Shown: positions 1-12,920 of the stretch, piece after piece | Numbering within the stretch: the first letter of the stretch is position 1 | Layout: the number at the start of each line of letters is the position of its first letter | Source of the DNA: an uncultured Thermococci archaeon | GTDB taxonomy: Archaea > Methanobacteriota_B > Thermococci > Methanofastidiosales > B48-G16 | Direction: 5' to 3' | Length of the DNA stretch: 64,000 nt | Assembly (NCBI GenBank): GCA_964595645.1 | Contig: CAZQQT010000003.1 | Span: 128,001 to 192,000 of the forward strand | Made by a program: the position numbers and the translations under genes | Notes under the pieces: model-generated | Seen by the model: the letters and a program-made list of their open reading frames with translations, nothing else | Told to the model about the DNA's origin: nothing | Database searches by the model: none

Positions 1-2316
<2,316 letters not shown>

Positions 2317-2320
<4 letters not shown>

Positions 2321-2640
2321 TCCGCTGCAGGACTCTCCTCTGAGGCAACGGCGTCCGAGTACTGATCGATAACCATTACATCCTCCTCGTGATCATCCAA
2401 TTTTTCTTTCGAATAGATCACTGTTCGGCATGTAATACAGTATATCCATCCTCTTGTGTCCAGAATTTTTTCGATTTCCTCCCTCTTCAATTCTTTGAAC
2501 TTATCACAAGCTTCTTTTCGCACGATTAATTTATTGCTCTTTTTGCATATGCCCACGTAAGAGTACACATCGTGTGGAACAAAATACACGCAGGTTGTAC
2601 ACTCTGAGCGTGATCTACCACCTGTAACCATATGTATCAT
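2317..2640 (-). CDS. Cys-rich small metal-binding protein, first gene of the kor operon
   Basis: CxxC..GxC..C plus a second CxxC..H; overlaps the korA start. Confidence 0.7.
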
Positions 2641-2782
2641 TTTCTATTTAAGCTTTAATACTTTTGGGTCACATATTTCTGAAAAAAACAATATTCAGAA
2701 TAATTCTCTAACCGATTCTGCAATGGTGCATAATTCTACTTCTCACAGTATTATATGGCCGTAAGGAGGCAGTAGGCTGAAC

Positions 2783-4384
2783 TCACCATACGCCAATATG
2801 TCCATCGGTCCGTGGTTCAGTAGCGCCTCCATACCCTTCTCTGTTTTTAAGAATAATTTGGCCTCTTCCGAATCCCCCTGCATGAAGCGCGTAAGTAATC
2901 TCATGTCCCCTTCTACCTAATGCTCTCCCGATATGTTTTGGGAAGGAATCTTCTAGCACAACGTGTTTACCTCTCTCCCATCGCCAGCGTGGTGCATCTA
3001 AACACGCCTGGGGATTCAAACCGAAATCTAATAGGTTCATTACTACTTGAAGATGTCCTTGAGGCTGCATGTACCCCCCCATTACCCCAAAGGGACCAAT
3101 TGGTTCGTCCTCTAACGTGATAAAGCCTGGTATTATCGTATGATAGGTTCTCTTCCTCGGTTCTAGACAGTTTATGTGCGAGGGGTCTAAGGAGAATGTG
3201 TTTCCGCGATTATGTAAAGCGATTCCCGTTTCGGGCACCACTAATCCAGAACCGAACCCCATGTAATTACTCTGTATGTACGATACCATATTTCCCTCTT
3301 CGTCCGCTGTAGCGAGATATACTGTCCCTCCTCCACCACGAGCTCCTTTATCTGGCTCTATAGCTTTATTTTGTATTAACGAACGTTTTTCTTTCGCATA
3401 CTCTTCCGATACTAACTTTTCAGATCTAATATCCATGTAGTTCGGGTCAGTAATGTACTCCTTTCCGTCGCTAAAGGCAAGTTTAAGGGCATCTATCTGT
3501 TTATGGTACGTATCAACACTGTCCTTGTTGCTGAATTGGAGTCCTTTGAGTATATTCAGAGCCATCAGGGTGATTATCCCCTGCCCATTCGGCGGTAATT
3601 CCCACACATCATACCCTCTGTAATTGACGCTCAGCGGTTCTACCCATTCAGGCGAAAATTCCTTCAGGTCCTTCAATGACAGATATCCTCCATGATCTTG
3701 AGAAAACTCATCTATTTTCTCTGCAAGTTCGCCACTATAAAATGATCTCCCTTTCGATTTAGCGATCTGCGTCAATGTTTCAGCGTGACGATCCGATCTC
3801 CACATTTCACCAATCGCTGGTGCCCGTCCATTGGGAGCGAAAATATCGAACCACGTCTTAAACTCTTCACCTTCTAACTCTTTGTATCGCTCGTATGCGT
3901 ATTTCCAATATTTGCCTACCGTAGGATACACGAGGTGCCCATTTTTTGCTTGTTCTATGGCCGGCTGAAAGAGTTCTTCAAACTCGAGACACCCAAATTT
4001 CTCCGAGAGTTCGGACCATGCGGCGGGTGCTCCAGGTACTGTGACGGGGACCCACCCGAATGTGGGCATACTAGTGTATCCCCTTGCTTTAACGGTATCC
4101 ATGGAGATGGACGCAGGGGCAGGCCCACTGGAGTTCAACCCGTGAAGTTTATTTCCCTGCCAGAAGAGTGCAAATGCGTCTCCTCCTATCCCATTAGAGG
4201 TTGGCTCCACTACTGTCAGTGTGATCGCAGTTGCAACAGCTGCATCTACCGCATTCCCTCCCTTTTTCAATATCTCTAGTCCAGCTTGTGCAGCGAGGGG
4301 GTGCGAACTACAGACCATCCCCCTCCTTCCGTATACAATAGTTCTTCGTGAGGGGTACGGATAATAAAGTGGATCATATTTCAT
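2783..4384 (-). CDS. ggt: gamma-glutamyltransferase family protein (YwrD-like, no signal peptide)
   Basis: GGNAVDAAVA, VVEPTSNGIGGD, nucleophile GGT(VY), SNYMGFGSG, GVMGG..QPQGH. Confidence 0.92.
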   Translation of the reverse strand: MKYDPLYYPYPSRRTIVYGRRGMVCSSHPLAAQAGLEILKKGGNAVDAAVATAITLTVVEPTSNGIGGDAFALFWQGNKLHGLNSSGPAPASISMDTVKARGYTSMPTFGWVPVTVPGAPAAWSELSEKFGCLEFEELFQPAIEQAKNGHLVYPTVGKYWKYAYERYKELEGEEFKTWFDIFAPNGRAPAIGEMWRSDRHAETLTQIAKSKGRSFYSGELAEKIDEFSQDHGGYLSLKDLKEFSPEWVEPLSVNYRGYDVWELPPNGQGIITLMALNILKGLQFSNKDSVDTYHKQIDALKLAFSDGKEYITDPNYMDIRSEKLVSEEYAKEKRSLIQNKAIEPDKGARGGGGTVYLATADEEGNMVSYIQSNYMGFGSGLVVPETGIALHNRGNTFSLDPSHINCLEPRKRTYHTIIPGFITLEDEPIGPFGVMGGYMQPQGHLQVVMNLLDFGLNPQACLDAPRWRWERGKHVVLEDSFPKHIGRALGRRGHEITYALHAGGFGRGQIILKNREGYGGATEPRTDGHIGVW

Positions 4385-4684
4385 ATAGACGCCTCCAATT
4401 TGAGTCTTTAATTAATACTAATTATATATGTTTTTCGAAGACTTTTTATTATTTTCGATGAAGGTTTGCAGGAAAGAACAGCCCTATACGCAGTGCAAAA
4501 AGAAAGATGCAGTAATTTTCTAACATTTTTTGACAAATGATTAATTTCTTTACCGTGTATATCTGTCATTTTCCAAGACGAACCGATCCAAAACATTTAT
4601 AAAGAAATAGTTCACTTTATTTAATAAGAATTAGAAAAGAAGTATAATATACCAGTATAGGAACATAATAAAATAGGTGAAAGG

Positions 4685-5956
4685 ATGAAGAGATTAAAAG
4701 GAGGAATACTTGCAGCAACGTTTTTGGTCTCTTTGTTAGCAGTGATTCATCCGGTAAGTGCAACAACATACCATGTCTATTCTGGAGACTCAATTTAAAA
4801 CGCAATAAACAGTGCCTCCAGTGGGGACACGATCCACGTCCACGCAGGAACGTATAACGAAACTCTTTTGCTCCACGGGAAGTCCTTATCACTAATTGGA
4901 GATGGAGCTTCCGTGACAACAATCAATGGAGGCGGCGGAGCGGATGTAATAAGCGTTAAAGATGCAACAGTCACCATCAGCGGTTTTACAGTAAAAAATG
5001 CTTCTTCTCATGGAATCGAATATTATAACAACGCTTCAGGGACAATAACACAGAATAGACTCACAGGAAATGTTCAAGGTATTCATGTTTCTGGAAGCAG
5101 TGTTACAATAGTACACAATACAATAGATAATAATACTGCAGAGGGCATTTGGCTTATTAACTCTAGCAATTGTGTCATTTATAACAATATTATTCACGAC
5201 AATGACGTAGTCCATGCAGGTATCTTTCTCACGACGTGCTCTAACAATGAAATGATAAATAACGATATTTACAATGAGGCATTCGGTATCCTTCTGTACG
5301 ATTCAACTGATAATACTATCTCCAACAACAGTATTCACGACAACGGCCACGGTATCTGGATTGCAGGAACATCACTCAACAATACCATCCTCAAAAATGA
5401 TATCCGAAATAATACCGCATCAGCAGATTCAGGTATTCACATAGCGCTTGGTAGTGATCCTTCTGGAACAGAGATCCACTACAACACTATACTGGACAAC
5501 ACGCGCTATGATAGCAGCTACGTTGTATCCTTCGGTGTGTTCAACAATACCGCCCATACCGTCGATGCAACGATGAACTGGTGGGGTGATAATTCAGGAC
5601 CGTACGATCCTTTTCCCGGAGCACCAGATTACAACCCAACTGGCGAAGGAGACGCTGTTTCAGATTACGTGATATATCGGCCATGGATAACTCGAGCAGC
5701 AATCACCCCTGTCGTCGCCTTCATGCCGGTGAAGAACTACCATTTAGCGCAGGTGACAGCGTGTCAAGAATGCATCGAAAAGAATCTTCCAGACGATGTA
5801 CCAAGCGGTGTGCAAGCGTTGTTAGATACGATGCAGCTACATATCGACAACGCGAACACGACGGGGAACAGCATCTACGCGAACAGTGAACTGCTGAAAG
5901 CTCTGGAGTGTTGCGAAGAGATCCAAGAAAAACTGGGTATTACATGCCCACATTAA
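4685..5956 (+). pseudogene. secreted right-handed beta-helix (NosD/pectin-lyase-like) protein interrupted by an in-frame TAA at 4796-4798
   Basis: ATG 4685 gives a signal peptide MKRLKGGILAATFLVSLLAVIHPVSA, then GDSI*NAINSASSGDTIHVHAGTY in the same frame as ORF 4868-5956. Beta-helix repeats and an NWWG motif follow. Confidence 0.8.
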
Positions 5957-5964
5957 CTCTTTTT

Positions 5965-6210
5965 TTATTCTTCTTCCAAAATTTTCCTCATTTCAAAGAG
6001 AAAGATATCATTCTCCTCTGGCGCACTGATTGAGACTCTCATAAACGAGGATAGCCAGTATGCCGAGAGATCGAGAATGAGTATTCCTCGGTCCTTTAGT
6101 TTTCTTCCGAGATCCGGTACTGTCGTTTTTATCAGCAAGAAATTTGTAGTGCTCGGATACACCTCAACATTTATTTTTCTTAGTTTCTCTCCTACTCCTC
6201 TCTTTTCCAG
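5965..6210 (-). pseudogene. C-terminal remnant of a class I/II PLP aminotransferase (HisC/CobD-like)
   Basis: VYPSTTNFLLI..LKDRGILI..RVSI..EEND matches the HisC C-terminus pattern; an in-frame stop at 6211-6213 leaves no N-terminal domain. Confidence 0.7.
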
Positions 6211-6296
6211 CTATTTTCTCAAAAGTATATTAATTCAAAACACCCCTATATAATAACCAAAACCTTTAAATAAGCCTGGGACACATCTCTTCTCTT

Positions 6297-6400
6297 GTTG
6301 GCATTGACTCTCAGAGAGGAGAGTTCCTCCGAGGCTTCCTCGGTACCATATCCATGGGACACCACAACTCCATTCTCTCCTCTCTGCATGCCATCACTAC
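6297..6400 (+). ncRNA. candidate structured RNA (sRNA or 5' leader)
   Basis: TATA-like TTTAAATA at 6265; 12-bp perfect stem 6312-6323/6375-6386; outer stem TGGCAT/ATGCCA; inner hairpin CCGAGG/CCTCGG; T6 run at 6401. Confidence 0.45.
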
Positions 6401-6414
6401 TTTTTTAACAGTAG

Positions 6415-6861
6415 TTGATGAGATATAGTATGGACACAGATGAGCAGGAGTTTTCCCCGCGCTCTTCGGTATGGCAGTGGATACCCTGGCTAGCATGTGC
6501 TGTCCTTATCATTGTGTTCTGTTGGTTTTTTGCGGTGAAGATCTCGTTCCCTCTGATTCAGAAAGATGCGTACTTACAGCTTGCCAGCAGCATAGGCGGA
6601 GTGCTACTCAGTTTACTCGGACTTATCTGTCTCCTTAAAGGAACATACGATCTTCTCGAAAAGAGTACACGTCTTGAGGACACTGACATTATGAGGAGGG
6701 AAATTGCACCTCGCAATGCGTCTCATCTTGCCGTGTTAGAAACAGTGGAGAGAGATATGCGTGCCGGTCTTCCTACTTTAAAACTTCCAATATTCTGGAT
6801 ACTTATTGGATTTGTACTGCTCTCTATCGGTGCGTACTTATGTAAAAATTTCGTAGAATAG
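6415..6861 (+). CDS. hypothetical membrane protein (about 3 TM)
   Basis: ORF with three hydrophobic segments. Confidence 0.6.
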   Translation: MMRYSMDTDEQEFSPRSSVWQWIPWLACAVLIIVFCWFFAVKISFPLIQKDAYLQLASSIGGVLLSLLGLICLLKGTYDLLEKSTRLEDTDIMRREIAPRNASHLAVLETVERDMRAGLPTLKLPIFWILIGFVLLSIGAYLCKNFVE

Positions 6862-6864
6862 TAA

Positions 6865-7092
6865 TTACTCCATGCTTTCCATAATAAGTTTTAACCAGTT
6901 CATGTACGAGTTGAACGTACCGCGCAGTGCAGAGAGATCTTCAGACGTTATTTCCAAATAGAGGAAATCATCTCTATTCTCGAAAACGGTGGAAGTCTTC
7001 GTATATGGCGCCGAGTCTATCTCCATTTTCAGTGCTTTGTACACGGTGTCTTTGTGAGGGGTGTAGACCTTAAACGTCATCGTTCGTTTCAT
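6865..7092 (-). CDS. pcc1: KEOPS complex subunit Pcc1
   Basis: LEITSEDLSALRGTFNSYMNWL motif; position in the superoperon. Confidence 0.9.
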   Translation of the reverse strand: MKRTMTFKVYTPHKDTVYKALKMEIDSAPYTKTSTVFENRDDFLYLEITSEDLSALRGTFNSYMNWLKLIMESME

Positions 7093-7570
7093 TCACATCG
7101 TACCTGCAGAGGTCTTCAATTGTCATTTGAGGACCCACCGGTGTAGTATACAGGTCTTTTCTATAAAAAGTTATCGTGTTTTCTTTTAAATGAAGTACAG
7201 AATAACTCTCTTCAGTGGACGCATTAAAGAAGTGGATGATATCATCTCTGTATTTTCCCTTTCCTTTTACACAGAGATCCACATCCTCCTCAATCGATGG
7301 AGCGGTTCTCCCGAGACGTACAGTCACATCCATGTGGCCCATCCACTGCCAGTCCAGATCAACGTTGATAAATGCGAGTCTATGAGGAATTTCTCCCTTA
7401 TTTTCTACCACACACAACCTATCCATTCCCTTCTCATAAGCAGTATCAAGGAGTGTGCGCAGTGTTTTAGCTCCTCGAGGTGTATAAAAAGAGAATGGAA
7501 GAACTCCCTCCATATCCTTACAGAACAGCTTTGTTGCAGGGGGTGTCCTTCTCGATGTGGTGAGAAGCAT
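7070..7570 (-). CDS. Brix-domain ribosome biogenesis protein
   Basis: MLLTTSRR..RGAK..GP motifs; conserved position after rpoP. Confidence 0.85.
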   Translation of the reverse strand: MLLTTSRRTPPATKLFCKDMEGVLPFSFYTPRGAKTLRTLLDTAYEKGMDRLCVVENKGEIPHRLAFINVDLDWQWMGHMDVTVRLGRTAPSIEEDVDLCVKGKGKYRDDIIHFFNASTEESYSVLHLKENTITFYRKDLYTTPVGPQMTIEDLCRYDVNETNDDV

Positions 7571-7711
7571 CTACTCTGCCTTTACTTTTTTGGATACTGA
7601 GGGTCGTATCTTAATTAACACTCTTCCGCTACAAAAAGGACATTTCACGCTCTGGGAAAAGTCTAACGACTCTTTTTCCAGCTCTTTACCACAGTTAATA
7701 CACTTATACAT
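7571..7711 (-). CDS. rpoP: RNA polymerase subunit P (Rpo12)
   Basis: Manual translation (missed by the ORF track): MYKCINCGKE..VKCPFCSGRVLIKIRPSVSKKVKAE. Confidence 0.92.
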   Translation of the reverse strand: MYKCINCGKELEKESLDFSQSVKCPFCSGRVLIKIRPSVSKKVKAE

Positions 7712-7952
7712 TTTGCTCCTCTTTTACAACCTCTTTTACGAGTTTTCCTGTATCCGTTTTGGGGATGTACGCTCCTCCAGCAAACTTTAGTCCACATTTT
7801 GTACATTTCCAGATGCCTGTGGAAACTCTTTTCACTGTTTTTCGGTCACATTGAGGACACTTATGTGTATCTTTCACTTGTTTTTCTATTTTATCTACTT
7901 TATCTCTCACTCGTTTTCCAGCCCGTGTTCCAAATCTTTTCGCAGTCCCCAT
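7704..7952 (-). CDS. rpl37ae: 50S ribosomal protein eL43 (L37Ae)
   Basis: RFGTRAG, CPQC..KRVSTGIWKCTKC..FAGGAY. Confidence 0.95.
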   Translation of the reverse strand: MGTAKRFGTRAGKRVRDKVDKIEKQVKDTHKCPQCDRKTVKRVSTGIWKCTKCGLKFAGGAYIPKTDTGKLVKEVVKEEQNV

Positions 7953-7983
7953 GAAAATCACTTTTTCCTTCTCTTTATAAAGC

Positions 7984-8793
7984 TTACTCTTTCAGAGATT
8001 CTTTTATTTTTTTCCTGATTTCCTTCCCCATTGTAAGCGACTTATGTATGCAGTCCATGATTTCATCTATTGTGAGTTGACCGCTTTCTCCTTTCTGCAT
8101 TGCACAAATATAGTCATTATCCTCTGTCGTGACCGTTAACCGTGCATCAAGTACTCGCTCTTCATTGCGGCTCGGGTCCACAAGCATGTTATTTCCTATT
8201 TTTGCAAAGGTGCAGGATACTGGTGTTTTTTTCACAGGAAGCGGAATAGTTTCTTCGGTTGGTTTCCCATCGTCATCGAGCACTGGCATTGTTGCGGTGT
8301 GGAGAGCTGTCACTGCAGCCCAGCTCGCAGCATCGAACAGATTCCCGTCACTGTCCAGTACATGAATGTCAATGAATACAAGTCTCACGAGTTCTCCCTC
8401 TTCTATCATCAGTTTCGATGTATCGAGCATGGGAGCTTCCCGTATCCCTCTATCGACGACTCGTGCAAGCTCTGTGGCATCTTCACCTGGTGGTCCAGAC
8501 TCAAACAGTGGGCTCGCCATTGGGATTAACTCGACGTTTGTTATGAGTACACCTTCATCCGGTGTGTCAGGGTAGGGTTCTCCTGTGTCTATCTTTATTC
8601 CTGCAATCACCTTCGTATCTCCGAGCGTGACCATACATGAACCTTCAGCCTTCGTGAAAATATCAGGCTCCAAAATAAGTTTTCTGTGCTCATCAAAATC
8701 TCTTCCATCTTCTCTCTTTCCATTTTTCGTGAGATCGAGGATGTGATCTCGCTCTATATGAGATAAAAGATCTACTTCAGTCATTGTTCTCAC
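7984..8793 (-). CDS. rrp42: exosome complex component Rrp42
   Basis: [33 protein letters not shown]. Confidence 0.96.
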   Translation of the reverse strand: MRTMTEVDLLSHIERDHILDLTKNGKREDGRDFDEHRKLILEPDIFTKAEGSCMVTLGDTKVIAGIKIDTGEPYPDTPDEGVLITNVELIPMASPLFESGPPGEDATELARVVDRGIREAPMLDTSKLMIEEGELVRLVFIDIHVLDSDGNLFDAASWAAVTALHTATMPVLDDDGKPTEETIPLPVKKTPVSCTFAKIGNNMLVDPSRNEERVLDARLTVTTEDNDYICAMQKGESGQLTIDEIMDCIHKSLTMGKEIRKKIKESLKE

Positions 8794-9490
8794 CTCGCTC
8801 GTATTTCTCTCTCAACGCCTTCTTTTGTAGTTCGTACACAGTTTCACATCCTTTCTTTGCGAGATCTAACGCTTCTTCCATCTCCTCATCTGTCATAAGT
8901 CCGTCCATCTGCAGAAGACTGATTCCTCCTGTTCGCGGTACAAGTGCTATCGGTACATCACTCTGACCGTAGTTATCTTCTTCTTTGGAGAGATCGAGGA
9001 CAACCTCTCCACCGATCTTCCCTGCGGCACAGGCAGGCACGAGGTCCTTCATTGGGATACCTGCGTCCGCCAGTGCGACACTGGCGCAGGTAATACCCGC
9101 ACAACGTGTGCCTGCTTCCGCTTGCACTATCTCTATATGAACTTCTATCACAGATTCGGGGAAATTTTTTAAGAGCACAACGGGTTCAAGCGCACCTCGT
9201 GCGACCTTTGAAATTTCGGTACTTCTCCTATCAGGCCCCGGTCTCTTTCTATCATCGACAGAGAAGGGTGCCATATTGTATTTGCACTGCAGCACAGCTC
9301 GATCAGATTGTCTCAAAAATCGAGGATAGAGCTCTTTGGGCCCATATATTGCTGCATATACCCTGTTCTCGCCCCATTCTAGATACGCAGACCCATCTGC
9401 TCTCTTCAGGACATCTGCCTTTATTTTAATATCTCTCAAATCTTCTTTTCCTCTACCATCTATCCTTTTACCATCTTTTATGAGTTCCAT
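8777..9490 (-). CDS. rrp41: exosome complex exonuclease Rrp41
   Basis: [36 protein letters not shown]. Confidence 0.97.
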   Translation of the reverse strand: MELIKDGKRIDGRGKEDLRDIKIKADVLKRADGSAYLEWGENRVYAAIYGPKELYPRFLRQSDRAVLQCKYNMAPFSVDDRKRPGPDRRSTEISKVARGALEPVVLLKNFPESVIEVHIEIVQAEAGTRCAGITCASVALADAGIPMKDLVPACAAGKIGGEVVLDLSKEEDNYGQSDVPIALVPRTGGISLLQMDGLMTDEEMEEALDLAKKGCETVYELQKKALREKYERGENND

Positions 9491-9494
9491 TGGA

Positions 9495-10166
9495 TCACCT
9501 TTCTTCCTTCAAAAAATTTGTAATTTTTTCTGTCAATCCAGATTTGTGACTCTCGGCACTAATAATCCTTATTGCTTCGAGAACACGATCCGCTTTTTCA
9601 CCCTTTACCCAGATTCTTCCGTTTTGTCCCACTTGAATTCTACAGTTGGTGTATTTTTTCATGACCGATATCATCGATCCTTTTCTTCCGATTACTCGTG
9701 GAACCTTCGCGGAGGGAATTGTTATCAGTCTTCCCCCATGAAGTTTTCCGTACCTTCGAGGTTTCGCGTACAGACGAACCGATTCTGAGGTATCATCTAC
9801 TTTTGCGTATACTGCATCTCCTACTGAGAATATATCCTCTATTTCGGCGTTGCGGTCAGAGGTGGTATCTCTTACATCCAAAATTCCTTTATACGCAGAA
9901 TTAATATCCAATATAGCCTTTCTAAATGCGAGTTCTTCTACTACACCTACTATCGTATCATTCTTTTGGGGGATATAATATTTCCGTTCCAACGGGACTA
10001 CTTTTACATACTTATTTTTTGAATTTACGTATGTAATTCCCACGACGGTGGCGTAGATGTTTTCACCATCTTTTTCAGCTCCCTCTCGAGGACGAAAATC
10101 TCCTGTTGCAACAAGCTCTCCTGGTACAACGATCTCTTTGTTCTCTACATGAATCATTCTGATCAC
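9495..10166 (-). CDS. rrp4: exosome RNA-binding protein Rrp4
   Basis: VVPGE, S1 domain, KH motif [19 protein letters not shown]. Confidence 0.95.
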   Translation of the reverse strand: MIRMIHVENKEIVVPGELVATGDFRPREGAEKDGENIYATVVGITYVNSKNKYVKVVPLERKYYIPQKNDTIVGVVEELAFRKAILDINSAYKGILDVRDTTSDRNAEIEDIFSVGDAVYAKVDDTSESVRLYAKPRRYGKLHGGRLITIPSAKVPRVIGRKGSMISVMKKYTNCRIQVGQNGRIWVKGEKADRVLEAIRIISAESHKSGLTEKITNFLKEER

Positions 10167-10855
10167 TTCCTTTTCATGAGCTTTGTTTCTGCCTCTCCTT
10201 TGGTCAGCGAGTTCACATCATTATATAGCTCTTCCTGCGATCCCGCCGAAATCGAAATGAGCATGTATAGACTTCCATTGTTTCTCCATTTCTCGTCTAT
10301 CACGTCGTAGCGTTCCTTCAATATGCCGTATACCTTTGGAGCGTACTGTGCGGGTATTCCTACAGCTATCTCTCTCTCCTCGAATTTTATTGGGATAATT
10401 GGGCGTATTTCCTTTAGTATTTCCTTCACCTGTTTTTCTGCAGATTTCGAGGGGTCGATGTGTATATTTGCTTTTTTCAACGCATTTTCTATTCGTTTTG
10501 GAGGGTGGGGACGGCCTGTTCGTGGATCTATCCCCTGGGAAAGGCGTGAAATTACGTCCTTTCTTTTATCTTCGCGCATCTTTTTTCTTTGTTCCGCTGT
10601 GTATAATAGCTCTCCTTTTTTCACGATCTTTTTAGCCACTTCATTGACTTCCGTTGTACTAAAAATGTTTTGCAAAAGATCCTGTGGTGCCTTTTTTGCC
10701 TTTTCAGCATCGGTGAAAATGTAGTTTGTAACCAAAAAATTTTCGTATTCTTCGCCCTTCTTAAATTTTAGAGCTTCATCGGGGTCTACAAGTATTTCAA
10801 ATCGTTCCCCATGTGTTTTCAACCGCGCAACAGTTGCTTCATCTATACTAACCAT
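10163..10855 (-). CDS. ribosome maturation factor SBDS
   Basis: ARLKTHGERFEILVDPD, DPRTGRPHPPKRIE. Confidence 0.96.
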   Translation of the reverse strand: MVSIDEATVARLKTHGERFEILVDPDEALKFKKGEEYENFLVTNYIFTDAEKAKKAPQDLLQNIFSTTEVNEVAKKIVKKGELLYTAEQRKKMREDKRKDVISRLSQGIDPRTGRPHPPKRIENALKKANIHIDPSKSAEKQVKEILKEIRPIIPIKFEEREIAVGIPAQYAPKVYGILKERYDVIDEKWRNNGSLYMLISISAGSQEELYNDVNSLTKGEAETKLMKRK

Positions 10856-10953
10856 CTTGTCTCACTTCCTTTTCAATTCTCTTGGATGACTCGGGCACAT
10901 ATTCGTGAGATATGTTTTGGAGGGTGGTACTTCAGTATAGTCTTCCCTCCCGT

Positions 10954-11292
10954 TCAAATAGTATACATCTCTCTCCATTTGTCCAATCCATTCATCGTGC
11001 CTGAGACGCCTAATACGAGTATTCCTTTGTTTTCATGTCGTACTAACGAAAGAGCACATATTACTTCATCTACATTCTTGGTATTACATTTCACAATACC
11101 AGTTCTTTCTTTTTCGTCAATATCAAGTACCCATAAACTCACAGTTGCAGTTCCGAGTTCGCCCAGAAACTCCAACACCGAGTTCCATATCATCCTAATG
11201 ATATCCTTCCTTTTAAAGGTATCTCTCCACAGGGGTTTAAAGAGAATGTACCGTTTTTTCTCCTTGAAACTCTTTTTGTTTTTTAATCTCAT
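10954..11292 (-). CDS. rnp2: RNase P protein Pop5/Rpp14
   Basis: KKRYILF, LGELG, VLGVSGT. Confidence 0.9.
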   Translation of the reverse strand: MRLKNKKSFKEKKRYILFKPLWRDTFKRKDIIRMIWNSVLEFLGELGTATVSLWVLDIDEKERTGIVKCNTKNVDEVICALSLVRHENKGILVLGVSGTMNGLDKWREMYTI

Positions 11293-11852
11293 TTTTTTTC
11301 CTTCTGAAGAATCATTTTTGGGATATCGTAGATCGCAGCCTTTGACTCGTAGTATTCTAGGCCGAGGACCTTCCCAAAGGCCACCAACGTCCGTGGGGAT
11401 TTTACAGTGTACTCATCCAGCGATCCAGAGGTGATTACCAGAGGGGTGTGGCACATTTTCGCGATTCGTATAGTATCTCTTAATTTCTGCATATGTCTCG
11501 CTCTTCTATATCCATGTCTTCGGACTATCTCTTCTACGTTGATCTCAAATGCGATATTATTCTCTGCTGCCTCCCTCGCTGTGATATTATCGATGGGATA
11601 CGGTTCACTAAGTACGTTCACTTTTTTTTGTCGCACTATATATTTGTTACGTTTTATATTCCCCCCTTTCACAAAAATAAGTGCTGAATTATTTATTTTT
11701 CTTACAGTATCTCTAATATCGGATGATTTTTTTAGACAGACTTCAACAGCCTTTTCGTTTGTAGGAGAAATGATTTGTTTTGGTGTGTACACTTCCTCGT
11801 ACATTTCGTTAGGATAGCCTCGAAGGTCAATCGCCAAGTATCTCTTTGACAT
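11289..11852 (-). CDS. rnp3: RNase P protein Rpp30
   Basis: AAENNIAFEI, PLVITSG..KSPR; synteny. Confidence 0.88.
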   Translation of the reverse strand: MSKRYLAIDLRGYPNEMYEEVYTPKQIISPTNEKAVEVCLKKSSDIRDTVRKINNSALIFVKGGNIKRNKYIVRQKKVNVLSEPYPIDNITAREAAENNIAFEINVEEIVRRHGYRRARHMQKLRDTIRIAKMCHTPLVITSGSLDEYTVKSPRTLVAFGKVLGLEYYESKAAIYDIPKMILQKEKK

Positions 11853-12231
11853 TCTTGATCACTTTTTTCCTTTTCAACGGGTACGTGACAATTTTTATGG
11901 TGATATGTACATCTCCTTCACTGTCCACCACGTACTCTCCGGCGTACAATCGCTGCTTATTGATCCTCAGATGAAATCTGCCCTTCTCGTCAACTCTCTC
12001 TTCAATGGATTCTAATGTATTCCTCTCTATTCTATCGAACAATGATAAAAAATTTTCTATGGCCCCATCGTCTTCGATATGCGCTTTGTACATTTTAATG
12101 GGATTCCCATAGTGGCCTTCAAGTTTCTTCTCCTCAAACTCCAAATCCGGAAGGCACGCTAAGGCATCTAACACTTTTTCATCGTCTTCAGTAGCGTGAG
12201 AAAAACTCTCTACCTCAATCCACTCGATCAT
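11827..12231 (-). CDS. DUF54/COG1325 predicted RNA-binding protein
   Basis: HATEDDEKV, EGHYGNPI, LRINKQ. Confidence 0.88.
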   Translation of the reverse strand: MIEWIEVESFSHATEDDEKVLDALACLPDLEFEEKKLEGHYGNPIKMYKAHIEDDGAIENFLSLFDRIERNTLESIEERVDEKGRFHLRINKQRLYAGEYVVDSEGDVHITIKIVTYPLKRKKVIKNVKEILGD

Positions 12232-12233
12232 CT

Positions 12234-12815
12234 CTACTTTCCTCTATTCTTTTTCGCAGAGAGACTTGGTCGTACCTTTTCTGCGCCCTTTCCTTTGTTT
12301 CGGAGACCTCGAGCTTTTTTTCCTGCCGAGGTAAGTCCTCTGTGCACTCTTCCCTTATGCTGCTTCTCACAGATCCAGTTAATTCTTGGATCGTTCTTTA
12401 TCTGGGGATGGTGCGGATCGACTAGAATGACTTCGAAATACTTGTGTTTTCCTGTCTTCCCCACCCAGTATGAGTTTAATACCTCTAAGTTTGGATATCG
12501 TTTTGCTGTTCTTTCTTCTGCAATTTCCTGAAGATTTTTTCTAGCTGTGATGCGGGTAACACCCATCCTCTTGGGTCTTCTCCCCGCTTTGAACCGTGAT
12601 TTTTTTCTTCCGCCTTTCTTAATTCGTGCTCGTACAATCACGTATCCCTTCTTCGCTTTGTAGCCCAGTTGGCGTGCCTTATCGATCCTTGTCGGCCGCT
12701 CTACTCTCACAAATGATCCTTCCTTGTTCCAGCGGGTCAGTCTCTCCTTATATATCTTCCTTATATGTTTTTCTGGATCTTTCCATGCTTTACGAACATA
12801 CTTATAAAAATTCAT
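12234..12815 (-). CDS. rpl15e: 50S ribosomal protein eL15
   Basis: [30 protein letters not shown]. Confidence 0.98.
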   Translation of the reverse strand: MNFYKYVRKAWKDPEKHIRKIYKERLTRWNKEGSFVRVERPTRIDKARQLGYKAKKGYVIVRARIKKGGRKKSRFKAGRRPKRMGVTRITARKNLQEIAEERTAKRYPNLEVLNSYWVGKTGKHKYFEVILVDPHHPQIKNDPRINWICEKQHKGRVHRGLTSAGKKARGLRNKGKGAEKVRPSLSAKKNRGK

Positions 12816-12920
12816 GAGTATCTCCTCCTTGTAACGATCACAACAGCCGGGTTGTGATCTTACTACACAACCTACTTGTATAGTTATTCAGCATACGCTA
12901 CATCTTGCGGAGTTCTGATC
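12816..12920 (-). promoter_or_regulatory. structured 5' leader of rpl15e
   Basis: 9-bp hairpin GATCACAAC/GTTGTGATC (12836-12859) just upstream of a GGAGG RBS; TATA-like sequence at 12937-12944. Confidence 0.45.

Noticed and set aside
10919-10950. Hairpin containing GAA on the minus strand, considered as an archaeal SECIS
   Set aside because: Geometry does not fit GAA/A flanking a 3-bp stem, and I found no in-frame TGA in nearby genes.
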